Source: Terasakiella sp. (GTDB taxonomy: Bacteria > Pseudomonadota > Alphaproteobacteria > Rhodospirillales > Terasakiellaceae). Taken from it: a stretch of DNA of 40,000 nt. Shown here piece by piece: positions 8,609 through 16,893 of the stretch. Below the pieces are notes generated by a model that saw only the letters and a program-made list of their open reading frames with translations, had not been told where the DNA came from and did no database searches. Each line of letters opens with the position of its first letter. The first letter of the stretch is position 1. Both the position numbers and the translations under genes were made by a program. The stretch is from the NCBI RefSeq assembly GCF_048571175.1, contig NZ_CP182348.1:649517-689516 (forward strand), in the 5' to 3' direction.

Positions 8609-9952
8609 ATGGATATTCTGACGTTTAACGCTGTCAAACAGCAGCAACACCACCTGAACACGGACCTCTTGGATCCTTGGAAGCGTCCGGCCTTTGCCGT
8701 GGTGTCTATGGTTGGCTCATCCCCATGGGGAACAATTGTCTACAACCATTATCTCCAAGAAATGGGTCGCCAGAATTACAACGACAGCAGCTATACCCAA
8801 GGCTGTACCAGCAGTGATGGCACCGAGTTTTTTAACAACTGGTATTCTTACGGCCAGACCAATTCCAACATCTCTTCAACGGACTCGTCCTATGGCGACA
8901 ACACGGCCCGTTGCGGTCATCTGGGTCACATTGCCCTGGCTGTGGCTCCCGACGGCTCCATGATTGGCCGTGCAGCCCCTTATGCAGCAACGGCGCTTCG
9001 CAATGTCGGCGTTTGGGTCAATAACAAGACCAATAAGAACCTCGCCCTGTTTATGGAAAACCAATACGCCGGGGTTGCGCCCCGCGCCATCGCGCCAGGG
9101 CGTTTGTCCGGGACAGAAGGCTGGCACTTGGCCTGGACGGCGAACAAGTTCTACGCCCAGAACGATTTTGGCACTTACAGCAAGTACGGGATGATCGGAT
9201 ACAACGAGAAAACCCGCACCCTTGTGATCAATGAAAACACCAACGGTGGGACGGGCATGCGTTTGCATGTTTACTCAAGCGTTGCTCCCTTCGATATCCA
9301 CGCCTCAGACCGCAAAACCTGGTTCGATGCTCTGGACGAGGCCAATCATACCTTCTTTGACTGGACGGCAAACTCTGCGGGCTACAGCGAAAGCCTGTAC
9401 CGTGCCGTTGTTGTGCCTTGCGATGATGGGAAGGTGATCATCGTTCGGATGGAACCTCACAGTTATTGCATGCTGGATCGGTTCACGCCGGATGGTGCCG
9501 GTGGCTTCACACAGGAAGCGACTCACACGCTAAGCACCACAACGTCCTATGGGATGGAACAAGGGGATCGCAACGGTCTCCGCTTCCAGATCTCAAACGA
9601 CGGCAAATACGTCATTTGTTATCAGCCCTATTACTACTACGGGGCCGGGGCCGAGGTGTTCCTGATCCGGGTGTCCGACGGCAAGTATGTGTTCTTGCAG
9701 CATCAGGACAGCAGCTACGGGCGTTCTTTTGCGCCGATCCGCGACAGTGATTTCATGATTTCCTATAGCCCTAACTCTGACAGCGGCTACGGCATCTATA
9801 TGTCGCACATCGACACCAAGAGCATTTTTGAGGCGATCGCCGACAAGGGCGACATGAGCTCCAAGGTGCCGGGCTTCAATGTCTACATCTTCGACAGTGC
9901 CTATCACTCCACCAACTATCCTTACATCGTGCCGATCATCGGAGGTAACTAA
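8609..9952 (+). CDS. Orphan 447-aa protein, putative receptor-binding/tail-tip protein
   Basis: Strong RBS (ggagg). Composition is rich in Tyr/Trp/Asn/Ser/Gly/Thr, as expected for beta-rich binding domains. Called from context within the fibre module. No family recognised. Confidence 0.4.
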   Translation: MDILTFNAVKQQQHHLNTDLLDPWKRPAFAVVSMVGSSPWGTIVYNHYLQEMGRQNYNDSSYTQGCTSSDGTEFFNNWYSYGQTNSNISSTDSSYGDNTARCGHLGHIALAVAPDGSMIGRAAPYAATALRNVGVWVNNKTNKNLALFMENQYAGVAPRAIAPGRLSGTEGWHLAWTANKFYAQNDFGTYSKYGMIGYNEKTRTLVINENTNGGTGMRLHVYSSVAPFDIHASDRKTWFDALDEANHTFFDWTANSAGYSESLYRAVVVPCDDGKVIIVRMEPHSYCMLDRFTPDGAGGFTQEATHTLSTTTSYGMEQGDRNGLRFQISNDGKYVICYQPYYYYGAGAEVFLIRVSDGKYVFLQHQDSSYGRSFAPIRDSDFMISYSPNSDSGYGIYMSHIDTKSIFEAIADKGDMSSKVPGFNVYIFDSAYHSTNYPYIVPIIGGN

Positions 9953-9954
9953 TC

Positions 9955-10392
9955 ATGGTCGATAAAATCAGCTTCCCCCATAGCGACGACTGGGGCGTGA
10001 TTGGCCCAAATGGTCAATTCAAATTGCCTGTGCCTTCCAAACTCGGCCACCGCTTTCAGTTGGTCGATGGCAAGGTGGTCGATCGCTACGGAGGTGTCAC
10101 AGACGATGAGGTCAAACAGCAAGACGCCGATACCGTGGCATCTCAACAAGCAGCGGAATTGAAAACAGCACGATCCGCTCTTGTTGGCCGGGTTAAATCA
10201 GAGGCCGGTGAACGGATTACGGCAACCGATTGGAAAGTGGACCGTGCCAGAGAGCGCGATGCCCTGAACGGCACCACCACCTTGCAAGATGTCTACGCCG
10301 AGCGCGAAGCCATCCGAACCGCCAGTGATGAGGCGGAAACCGCCATTGCTGCGCTTGCCACATTGGACGAGATCCAGGCCTTCACCTGGTAA
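9955..10392 (+). CDS. Possible tail-fibre assembly chaperone-like protein
   Basis: 145 aa with an RBS (ggaggt). It is the last gene of the fibre module. The C-terminal half (ITATDWKVDRARERDAL...YAEREAIR) resembles fibre-assembly/DUF4376-type proteins as I recall them. Confidence 0.3.
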   Translation: MVDKISFPHSDDWGVIGPNGQFKLPVPSKLGHRFQLVDGKVVDRYGGVTDDEVKQQDADTVASQQAAELKTARSALVGRVKSEAGERITATDWKVDRARERDALNGTTTLQDVYAEREAIRTASDEAETAIAALATLDEIQAFTW

Positions 10393-10420
10393 AACACTCT
10401 TCCCCAATCGAACCAAATCT

Positions 10421-10445
10421 ACCGGCCTTGAGCCGGTTTTTCTTT
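10421..10445 (+). terminator. Rho-independent terminator closing the fibre module
   Basis: accggc-cttga-gccggt hairpin (10421-10437) followed by a ttttctttg T-tract. Confidence 0.6.
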
Positions 10446-10461
10446 GTCGGCGTTTTGATCC

Positions 10462-11004
10462 ATGCCTGATCCAACACTTAGCCAGGCCATCCGCGAGGCC
10501 TATGCAGCCGCGCCTTCCGATGTGGTGATCCTGCATACACTCGAATTGCGCCATCCAGCTTTTGTTGATGACGACGGAAGCCCGACGGCCATTCGGGTGG
10601 TGCGAGATCACCGTGATCTGGAAGCCCGCCTGGAGGCGTCTGCCCCCGTAAACGGTGGCGAGATGGTGACCTTCATTGCCCTTGCATTTGATTTGTCGTT
10701 GCCGCCCATCGACACGGCCCCCGTGCCAGAAATTACAGTGACATTGGACAACGTTAGCCGTGAGATCGTTCGCCATCTGGATGCGGCAGCCGTTTCTCAG
10801 GACAAGATCGAAATCACCTATCGGCCCTATCTCTCAACCGACCTTGAAGGGCCACAGATGGATCCGCCGATCACACTGGTGCTGACCGAGGTTGAGGCCA
10901 ATGCCCTGCAGGTGACCGGTCGGGCCCGAATGCTGGATATCGGCAATAAGGCCTTTCCGAGTGAGACCTATACGGCCAAGCGGTTTCCGGGGCTCACGCG
11001 ATGA
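10462..11004 (+). CDS. Minor tail protein, DUF1833 / gpL-like
   Basis: 180 aa. The pattern VVILHTLELRHPAF...IRVV...FIALAFDLSLP, plus its position before the NlpC/P60 and J-like genes, supports the call. Confidence 0.55.
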   Translation: MPDPTLSQAIREAYAAAPSDVVILHTLELRHPAFVDDDGSPTAIRVVRDHRDLEARLEASAPVNGGEMVTFIALAFDLSLPPIDTAPVPEITVTLDNVSREIVRHLDAAAVSQDKIEITYRPYLSTDLEGPQMDPPITLVLTEVEANALQVTGRARMLDIGNKAFPSETYTAKRFPGLTR

Positions 11005-11405
11005 CACATTGGGCTGAGAATTATATCGGCCTGCCGTGGTCCGCCACGGGGGAGGGACCGGACTCGTTCCATTGCTGGGCCTTCGTTTGCTGGGTTCAGG
11101 AGCGGCATTTAGGGCGGCGCTTGCCCGCAATCGCTAATCCCGAGGACCTGCTCGGCATCGCCCGAGACTTCCGCGATCACCCGGAGCGCAAACGCTGGGA
11201 TCTTGTTGAATTCCCAAATGAAGGTGACTGCGTCCTGATGCGCCAGGCCCGTTATCCGATCCATGTCGGTATCTGGCTCGATGTGGATGGAGGCGGAGTG
11301 CTGCATTGCGCCCAGGAAGCCGGTGTTGCTTTTCAAACCCTTTCGTCCCTGTCTGCCAATGGCTGGCGGGTTGAGGGCTACTACCGATTTGTTGGAACCG
11401 ATTGA
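11001..11405 (+). CDS. NlpC/P60 (C40) peptidase, lambda gpK-like tail protein
   Basis: Catalytic Cys context DSFHCWAFVCWV and His context YPIHVGIW. ATGA-type overlaps on both sides. Confidence 0.75.
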   Translation: MTHWAENYIGLPWSATGEGPDSFHCWAFVCWVQERHLGRRLPAIANPEDLLGIARDFRDHPERKRWDLVEFPNEGDCVLMRQARYPIHVGIWLDVDGGGVLHCAQEAGVAFQTLSSLSANGWRVEGYYRFVGTD

Positions 11406-13777
11406 TGCTCGCTGCCGTCACCATTGTCAGAAATCCATTCTATCCGGAGCGGGACCGGGAGGTGTGTCCGGTCCTAAGCCCAGTCACCATAACCCAGTGG
11501 CTTGATGGTCAGGGCGTCCAAGAGGCGCAGACGGGTGCAGCCCGGACAGGGACAAAAACCGACTGGTTTGATCGACCGACGATCTGCCTCTTTAACGGCC
11601 AGGCTGTTTTGCGGGCAGATTGGGGAACCACGTTCATCAATGACAACGACGTGGTGGCTTTCGTGACCTTGCCCCAAGGGGGCGGAGGTGGAGGTGGTGG
11701 GGGGAAGAACCCTCTGCGCACAGTCCTATCCATTGCGGTGATGGTGGCCTCTTTTGCGCTTGGCGGGCCTTTGGGGGCGGCCATGGGGATTTCGGCCAAT
11801 GCTGGGGCTGCCCTTGGTATTGGCGCAGGCGTTCTTCAGCAAGCTATCGGCGGGGCGATTATCTCGCTGGCAGGCATGGCGTTGATGAATGCCGTTGTGC
11901 CTGCGCCCAAGCCATCCGTGCCGTCGTTGAGTTTTGGATCCGTTGGTGCGCCACCAGCACCCAGCCCGACTTACTCCTTGTCAGCGCAGGGCAACGAGGC
12001 CCGTCTCGGCCAGCCGATCCCCGTCCTCTATGGCCGTCACCTGATCTATCCCGATCTAGCGACCCAACCCTATCAGGAATTCGTGAACAATGAGCAGTAC
12101 CTGTTTCAGCTCCATGTGATCGGGCAGGGTGAGTTTGATCTTGAACAGGTTCGCATTGAAGACACACCCATTGCGTCTTTCGAAGAGGTGGAGACCGAGA
12201 TCGTTGGGCCGGGCGGCAGTGTCACATTGTTTGAAACCGATGTGGTCACCGCGCCTGAGGTCGCCGGACAGGAACTGCGCAGTACCGGTGATGGCGGGGA
12301 CTGGGTTGGTCCGTTTACAGCCAATCCCGCTGAGACCAAAGCCGGTCACATCGGCATTGATGTGGTGTTCGCCCGGGGGCTCTATTACGCCAATGACAGT
12401 GGTGGGCTGGATACCCGCAGCGCCCAGTGGGAGGTTCAGGCCCGGACCATTGATGATGAAGGACTGCCGACAGGTGGTTGGGCATCCCTGGGTACAGAGA
12501 GCTATACAGCCTCAACCAATTCCGTCCTCAGGCTAAGCTATAAATACGTCGTTTCGTCCGGGCGCTATGAAGTGCGGATGATTCGCCTTGATACGATTGA
12601 TACCTCGTCGCGTGCTGGACATGAATTGCGCTGGGGGGCTGTCCGCTCGTATCTGGAAGGCACCCCGGATTTCGGCAATGTAACGCTGTTGGCCGTCAAA
12701 ATGCGGGCGACCGATAACCTGTCGCAGCGATCGTCTCGCATGATTAACTGCGTGGTTACTCGGAAGCTCTCGATTTGGACCCCTGAAACCGGGTGGTCAT
12801 CGCCTGAACCGACACGCTCCATTGCCTGGTCCTTCGCTGATGCCTGTCGAGCGTCTTACGGCGCTGGGTTGGCCGAGACACGAATGGACCTTCAGGCATT
12901 GACCGCTTTGGATCAAGCCTGGACGGAAAGGGGCGATACCTTCGATGGGGTTTTCGACAGCACCATGACGGTCTGGGAAGCCCTGATCCGTATTGCGCGA
13001 TGTGGACGGGCCGTTCCCGTATTGCAGGGTGGTGTGGTGCGGCTATTTCGGGATGCGCAGCAGACTTTGCCCGTGGCCATGTTCAGCCCCCGCAATATCG
13101 TCAAAGGCTCATTCAAGATTCAATACATCATGCCGGGTGATGATACGGCGGATGCCGTAACCGTGGAGTTTTTCAATTCCCGGACATGGAATCCAGACGA
13201 GGTCACATCCAGTCTTCCGGATAGTGCAGCAGAAAAACCAGCAAAAGTGATGCTTTTTGGTTGCACCAATGAACCGCAAGCCAAGCGCGAAGGGCTCTAT
13301 ATGGCAGCGGACAATCGCTATCGCCGAAAGTTGGTTTCCTGGCAGACCGAACTGGATGGCCTAATACCGACCTATGGGGATTTGGTAGCTGTCACGCACG
13401 ATATGCCGCGATGGGGGCAAGGCGGTGAAGTGGTTTCATGGGATCCGGAAACTTCAATTCTGGAAGTCTCAGAGCCGCTGGAATGGTCGAATGGAGATGA
13501 TCACTACATTGCCTTGCGCCGTCGCGATGGCAGCCCGGCTGGGCCGTTTAAGGTTCAAGCCAATGGTGATGATATGAGATCACTGAGGATCTTGGATGCG
13601 CTGGATTTTGTGCCTTACACCGGCACGGCAGAAGAGCGCAGCCACTTTGCCTTCGGTCCCGGAGAAGCTTGGAGTGCTAAGGCGCGTGTGATTGCTGTCA
13701 GGCCCCGTGGCGAGCAGGTCGAGATCACGGCAGTCGGCGAGGATGTTCGTGTACACGAGGCCGATCTAGCCGCCTGA
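11402..13777 (+). CDS. Fused tail assembly protein I-like / host specificity protein J-like central tail tip protein
   Basis: 791 aa. The N-terminal ~190 aa carry a GGGGGGGGGKNPLRTVLSIAVMVA segment and hydrophobic Gly/Ala stretch typical of gpI C-termini. The remainder has J-like motifs (GQPIPVLYGRH, YLFQLHVIGQGE). Confidence 0.7.
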   Translation: MMLAAVTIVRNPFYPERDREVCPVLSPVTITQWLDGQGVQEAQTGAARTGTKTDWFDRPTICLFNGQAVLRADWGTTFINDNDVVAFVTLPQGGGGGGGGGKNPLRTVLSIAVMVASFALGGPLGAAMGISANAGAALGIGAGVLQQAIGGAIISLAGMALMNAVVPAPKPSVPSLSFGSVGAPPAPSPTYSLSAQGNEARLGQPIPVLYGRHLIYPDLATQPYQEFVNNEQYLFQLHVIGQGEFDLEQVRIEDTPIASFEEVETEIVGPGGSVTLFETDVVTAPEVAGQELRSTGDGGDWVGPFTANPAETKAGHIGIDVVFARGLYYANDSGGLDTRSAQWEVQARTIDDEGLPTGGWASLGTESYTASTNSVLRLSYKYVVSSGRYEVRMIRLDTIDTSSRAGHELRWGAVRSYLEGTPDFGNVTLLAVKMRATDNLSQRSSRMINCVVTRKLSIWTPETGWSSPEPTRSIAWSFADACRASYGAGLAETRMDLQALTALDQAWTERGDTFDGVFDSTMTVWEALIRIARCGRAVPVLQGGVVRLFRDAQQTLPVAMFSPRNIVKGSFKIQYIMPGDDTADAVTVEFFNSRTWNPDEVTSSLPDSAAEKPAKVMLFGCTNEPQAKREGLYMAADNRYRRKLVSWQTELDGLIPTYGDLVAVTHDMPRWGQGGEVVSWDPETSILEVSEPLEWSNGDDHYIALRRRDGSPAGPFKVQANGDDMRSLRILDALDFVPYTGTAEERSHFAFGPGEAWSAKARVIAVRPRGEQVEITAVGEDVRVHEADLAA

Positions 13778-13800
13778 AATTTAATACGAGGAGAAAGCCG

Positions 13801-14091
13801 ATGAATTGTCCTTCAACGAAGGACGGGCATGTCGTCATGCCTGAGGAAGAATTTGAGCAACTGCTTGAGTTGGCCGCTGAACGTGGTGCAAAGCGGGCAC
13901 TGGCGGATGTTGGTCTGGTCGATGAAGAAGCGGCTGGCGATATCCGTGATCTTCGCTCTCTACTCGGCGCTTTGCGTGTGGCCAAGCATACCGCCTGGTC
14001 GACCATTGTCCGTCTCGTCACCACAGGGGTGTTGATCGCCCTGATGGCGGGGGTGGCCATAAAACTTAAACTGTTTGGGGGAGGTCACTGA
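13801..14091 (+). CDS. Small C-terminally membrane-anchored protein of the lysis cassette
   Basis: 96 aa with a strong RBS (gaggaga). One C-terminal TM segment (VTTGVLIALMAGVAI). ATGA-type coupling to the endolysin gene. Confidence 0.4.
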   Translation: MNCPSTKDGHVVMPEEEFEQLLELAAERGAKRALADVGLVDEEAAGDIRDLRSLLGALRVAKHTAWSTIVRLVTTGVLIALMAGVAIKLKLFGGGH

Positions 14092-14486
14092 TGCCTGCGT
14101 TCTCTGAAAAATCCATTGCCAAGCTTTCTACCTGCCACCCGCTCTTGCAGCGGGTTTTTCGTGAGGTGGTGCGGGAATTTGACTGCACAATCCTCGAAGG
14201 GCATCGAGACAAAGACCGCCAAAACCAGATGGTTGCTGAAGGAAAAAGTCAAATTCGATGGCCGGGCGGGAAACACAATACTGTTCCGTCTTTAGCCGTT
14301 GATGTGACGCCTTATCCCATCAAATGGGACGATCGGGAACGACAGACGTTGTTCGCAGGTTATGTACTAGCCACCGCCAAATCCATGGGCGTGACTCTGC
14401 GCTGGGGCGGCGACTGGGACCGGGACACCGAGGTCCGAGATAACAGCTTCGATGACCTCGTTCACTTTGAGATCGTGGAGGGTTGA
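14091..14486 (+). CDS. M15-family metallopeptidase endolysin (VanY / L-Ala-D-Glu peptidase-like)
   Basis: Motifs GHRDKDRQNQM, SLAVDVTPYP and WGGDW...DLVHFE give the H..D...H zinc-ligand pattern of peptidase M15. Confidence 0.8.
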   Translation: MPAFSEKSIAKLSTCHPLLQRVFREVVREFDCTILEGHRDKDRQNQMVAEGKSQIRWPGGKHNTVPSLAVDVTPYPIKWDDRERQTLFAGYVLATAKSMGVTLRWGGDWDRDTEVRDNSFDDLVHFEIVEG

Positions 14487-14489
14487 GCC

Positions 14490-14900
14490 ATGCTGGATAA
14501 ATTGATCGGCGGAGGCCTTGTCACTGCCGCAGAGGGCGTTGCCAATATTATCGACCGCTTTGTTGAAACTGATGAAGAAAAACAGGCCGCCGAGATCATC
14601 AAGGCCAAGCTGATGATGAAACCCAGTCTGGCCCAGATTGAGCTCAACAAGGTTGAGGCAGGGCACCGTTCCATCTTCGTCGCTGGATGGCGGCCATTCA
14701 TCGGCTGGGTCTGTGGCTTAGCGCTTTTGTGGCACTTTATCCTGTTTGACCTGCTGACTTGGGTGACAGTGAATTTCTTCCCCCATGTATCCGAGTTGCC
14801 GGAGCTCACTGGGACGGAGACGCTGGTCACTGTGCTATTTTCCCTGCTTGGCTTGGGTGCCATGCGGACAGTTGAGAAGTTTGGGGGGCGAGCAAAATAA
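14490..14900 (+). CDS. Holin, 3-TM GTA-type
   Basis: 136 aa. The N-terminal amphipathic part (VANIIDRFVETDEEKQAAE), then AGWRPFIGWVCGLALLWHFILF and further TM segments, resemble the 3-TM holin family of GTAs and alphaproteobacterial phages. Confidence 0.6.
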   Translation: MLDKLIGGGLVTAAEGVANIIDRFVETDEEKQAAEIIKAKLMMKPSLAQIELNKVEAGHRSIFVAGWRPFIGWVCGLALLWHFILFDLLTWVTVNFFPHVSELPELTGTETLVTVLFSLLGLGAMRTVEKFGGRAK

Positions 14901-14903
14901 AAA

Positions 14904-15752
14904 TCAAAGATTGATAAACCAGTCAGGGTCGACAGATACTTTCTCGACAAGTTCTGTTTTTATGCCAAGAGCGAGTTCTTTTAGTTTGTCCGCTAATTGG
15001 TCTCCATCAACGAGATCGATTGGTGCTGCTCCATCTCTCGTGGCTTCGTCGATAGCTGCCTTTGTGAAACTTCCTGTTGTAATGAAGAGCCCCCGATCTG
15101 CTCTGCCGACAGTAGCTCCTCTGAAATCTCGTATTTCTGGGGCTCCGACCGAGCCCTTATATTTTTTGCACTGGAAAGCGATGTGAAAACTCATCAAGCC
15201 ATTGATGCGAGCAATTCCTTTCCCATCAATTCCGCCATCTCCTGTGCGACCTGTTACCTCCACATGAATAAAACCTGATTCACGGAGTAAACGCTGCGTC
15301 AGACGCTCAAACGAGTCTGGGCTGATTTCATTGATTAGGACCTGATGTAATTTCTCACGCCATGCAAGGGCTTCATCTGGTTGCTCCGAAGAGTCTTCAG
15401 GAGTGTTTTCTGGTTCATTGGAGGCAGATCCCTTGTCTAGGCACCTGACATAGGTCACGATTTCCTTGCTGTCGATAGTTTCTGATTTTTTAGCTTTTTC
15501 AGTTAAAGCCCAGACACCTCTTGATGAATTCTCAAGGTAGCCTGCCTTCTTGAGATAGGTTCGCGCCCACGCTAAACGATAGCCGATTTCTGTTTGGCTG
15601 CTTTTTTCTGGGTTATGAAGAACAGCAAGAGTCTCATCATCAAATTTTTCAAGCTCTATAACGGCTTCATAGATTTCATCAATACTGCCAGACCCTCCAA
15701 GGTTAACGAGTGCTTTCATCAATGGCAGCATAAGCTGGTCAAATGTGACCAT
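14904..15752 (-). CDS. mrr: Mrr-family type IV restriction endonuclease
   Basis: N-terminal winged-helix Mrr_N-like region and a C-terminal catalytic core (GDGGIDGKG...HIAFQCKKYKG). ATG at 15752 has GGAGG 7 nt upstream; the track start at 15773 is a TTG. Confidence 0.85.
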   Translation of the reverse strand: MVTFDQLMLPLMKALVNLGGSGSIDEIYEAVIELEKFDDETLAVLHNPEKSSQTEIGYRLAWARTYLKKAGYLENSSRGVWALTEKAKKSETIDSKEIVTYVRCLDKGSASNEPENTPEDSSEQPDEALAWREKLHQVLINEISPDSFERLTQRLLRESGFIHVEVTGRTGDGGIDGKGIARINGLMSFHIAFQCKKYKGSVGAPEIRDFRGATVGRADRGLFITTGSFTKAAIDEATRDGAAPIDLVDGDQLADKLKELALGIKTELVEKVSVDPDWFINL

Positions 15753-16893
15753 GATTTTGTCCTCCAAATTCAAGAGGAAGCAGGTTCAAAAGCTGATCCC
15801 CGATGTTAGTCGCCGTTTCATCTAAATTCACTGTGCAGAAATGGATAGGGTGCCCTTGAATTGACACCTGTTCAGATACAGTTTTGTCGATGGTCGGATG
15901 TAGAAGCATGCCGGAAGTGGTGAAAGAATTTTTCTTACCTGGAAATTCCTGGCTCCGAAGATATGTATAGATTTGGTATAGGTATCCGCTTCTTAGAGTT
16001 TCCTCACGAAACCAGCCCTTTGTCGTGATTGAGTTAAATTTAGTGTCAATTACGAGTCTTTCGCCAGTTTCCTTGTTTTCGATCGAAATGTCGGTTTTCA
16101 TGATCGGCAATATAGCGTCAATCCCGTTAGTTCTTTTGTCAATTTGCCAGAGGAGCTGTTCGCCGGATGACACTCGAAATTTTGAGCGATTGAGTCTGAT
16201 TGCATAAAACCCAGCGATAGCCTTTTCGAATAATTTACGTAACCAACGTATATCGGTTTCGGGCCTTAAAATATGGCGATCTCCAGACATCTGTGTTGGA
16301 AGCATTAGGTCAAAGGCTAAGTCAGCTGCGCTTAGCATTTTTTGGTCCTCAAAATCGCTTCGTCCCAACCGTTCGCTCTTGCTTGAGTATCCAGTCGGTT
16401 TCCCTTGAGTTACGCCCAAACGATCCATGCTGAAAGCTAATGATCGGCAGTGCTTCGACAATTGTTTTTGAGAGGTAATTTTTGCTAGTTGTTCTAAAGC
16501 TGCTCGAACATAACGGTTTCTGGGGGTGTTAGTGGTAAGTCTTTCAAACGTGCAAGAAACTTTGCCTTTTTCGAGAAGCCGATGACTTTCTGTGTAAAGC
16601 GAATTAATTCGCCCTCGTACTTGTCCAAGAATTGCGGTCTCTTGGGTATAGCCAAAGCTAAGATTTCGGATGAGGCGACGTTCCACTTGGTAGCACAATA
16701 CTTCTGCTACCAAATCAGCAATATCCTCGGGGTTCTCAGTCAATCTAGATTTGTCAGAACCGAGATGTCGAAACATGTCAGATGCATACAGAACTAAAAG
16801 CCAGATATTTCTTACCGGTATTCCGCCCAAAAGTTGCTGGCTTAGAGCTGTAGGATTTGTATCTGGCGCATCTAGTGAAGCTGTATCCATCAC
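15739..16893 (-). CDS. mcrC: McrC-like nuclease subunit of the McrBC system
   Basis: 384 aa directly coupled to mcrB (GTG 16893 or ATG 16890, overlapping the mcrB stop). C-terminal PD-(D/E)xK-like segment DISIENKETGERLVIDTKF. Confidence 0.8.
   Translation of the reverse strand: MMDTASLDAPDTNPTALSQQLLGGIPVRNIWLLVLYASDMFRHLGSDKSRLTENPEDIADLVAEVLCYQVERRLIRNLSFGYTQETAILGQVRGRINSLYTESHRLLEKGKVSCTFERLTTNTPRNRYVRAALEQLAKITSQKQLSKHCRSLAFSMDRLGVTQGKPTGYSSKSERLGRSDFEDQKMLSAADLAFDLMLPTQMSGDRHILRPETDIRWLRKLFEKAIAGFYAIRLNRSKFRVSSGEQLLWQIDKRTNGIDAILPIMKTDISIENKETGERLVIDTKFNSITTKGWFREETLRSGYLYQIYTYLRSQEFPGKKNSFTTSGMLLHPTIDKTVSEQVSIQGHPIHFCTVNLDETATNIGDQLLNLLPLEFGGQNHGHI

Larger units (their letters stand above)
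1..14900 (+). mobile_element. Prophage late region (siphovirus-like: no sheath gene seen), structural plus lysis genes
   Basis: Unbroken same-strand array of tightly packed or overlapping ORFs in canonical order: capsid end, connectors, tube, chaperone, tape measure, tip genes, endolysin/holin. Spot-counted GC is about 55-65 percent, against 37-53 percent immediately to the right. Confidence 0.8.

Noticed and set aside
11677-11706. The Gly9-encoding G-rich tract as a slipped-strand phase-variation site.
   Set aside because: The DNA is ggg ggc gga ggt gga ggt ggt ggg ggg. The homopolymer is interrupted and codon usage is mixed, so there is no long perfect repeat.
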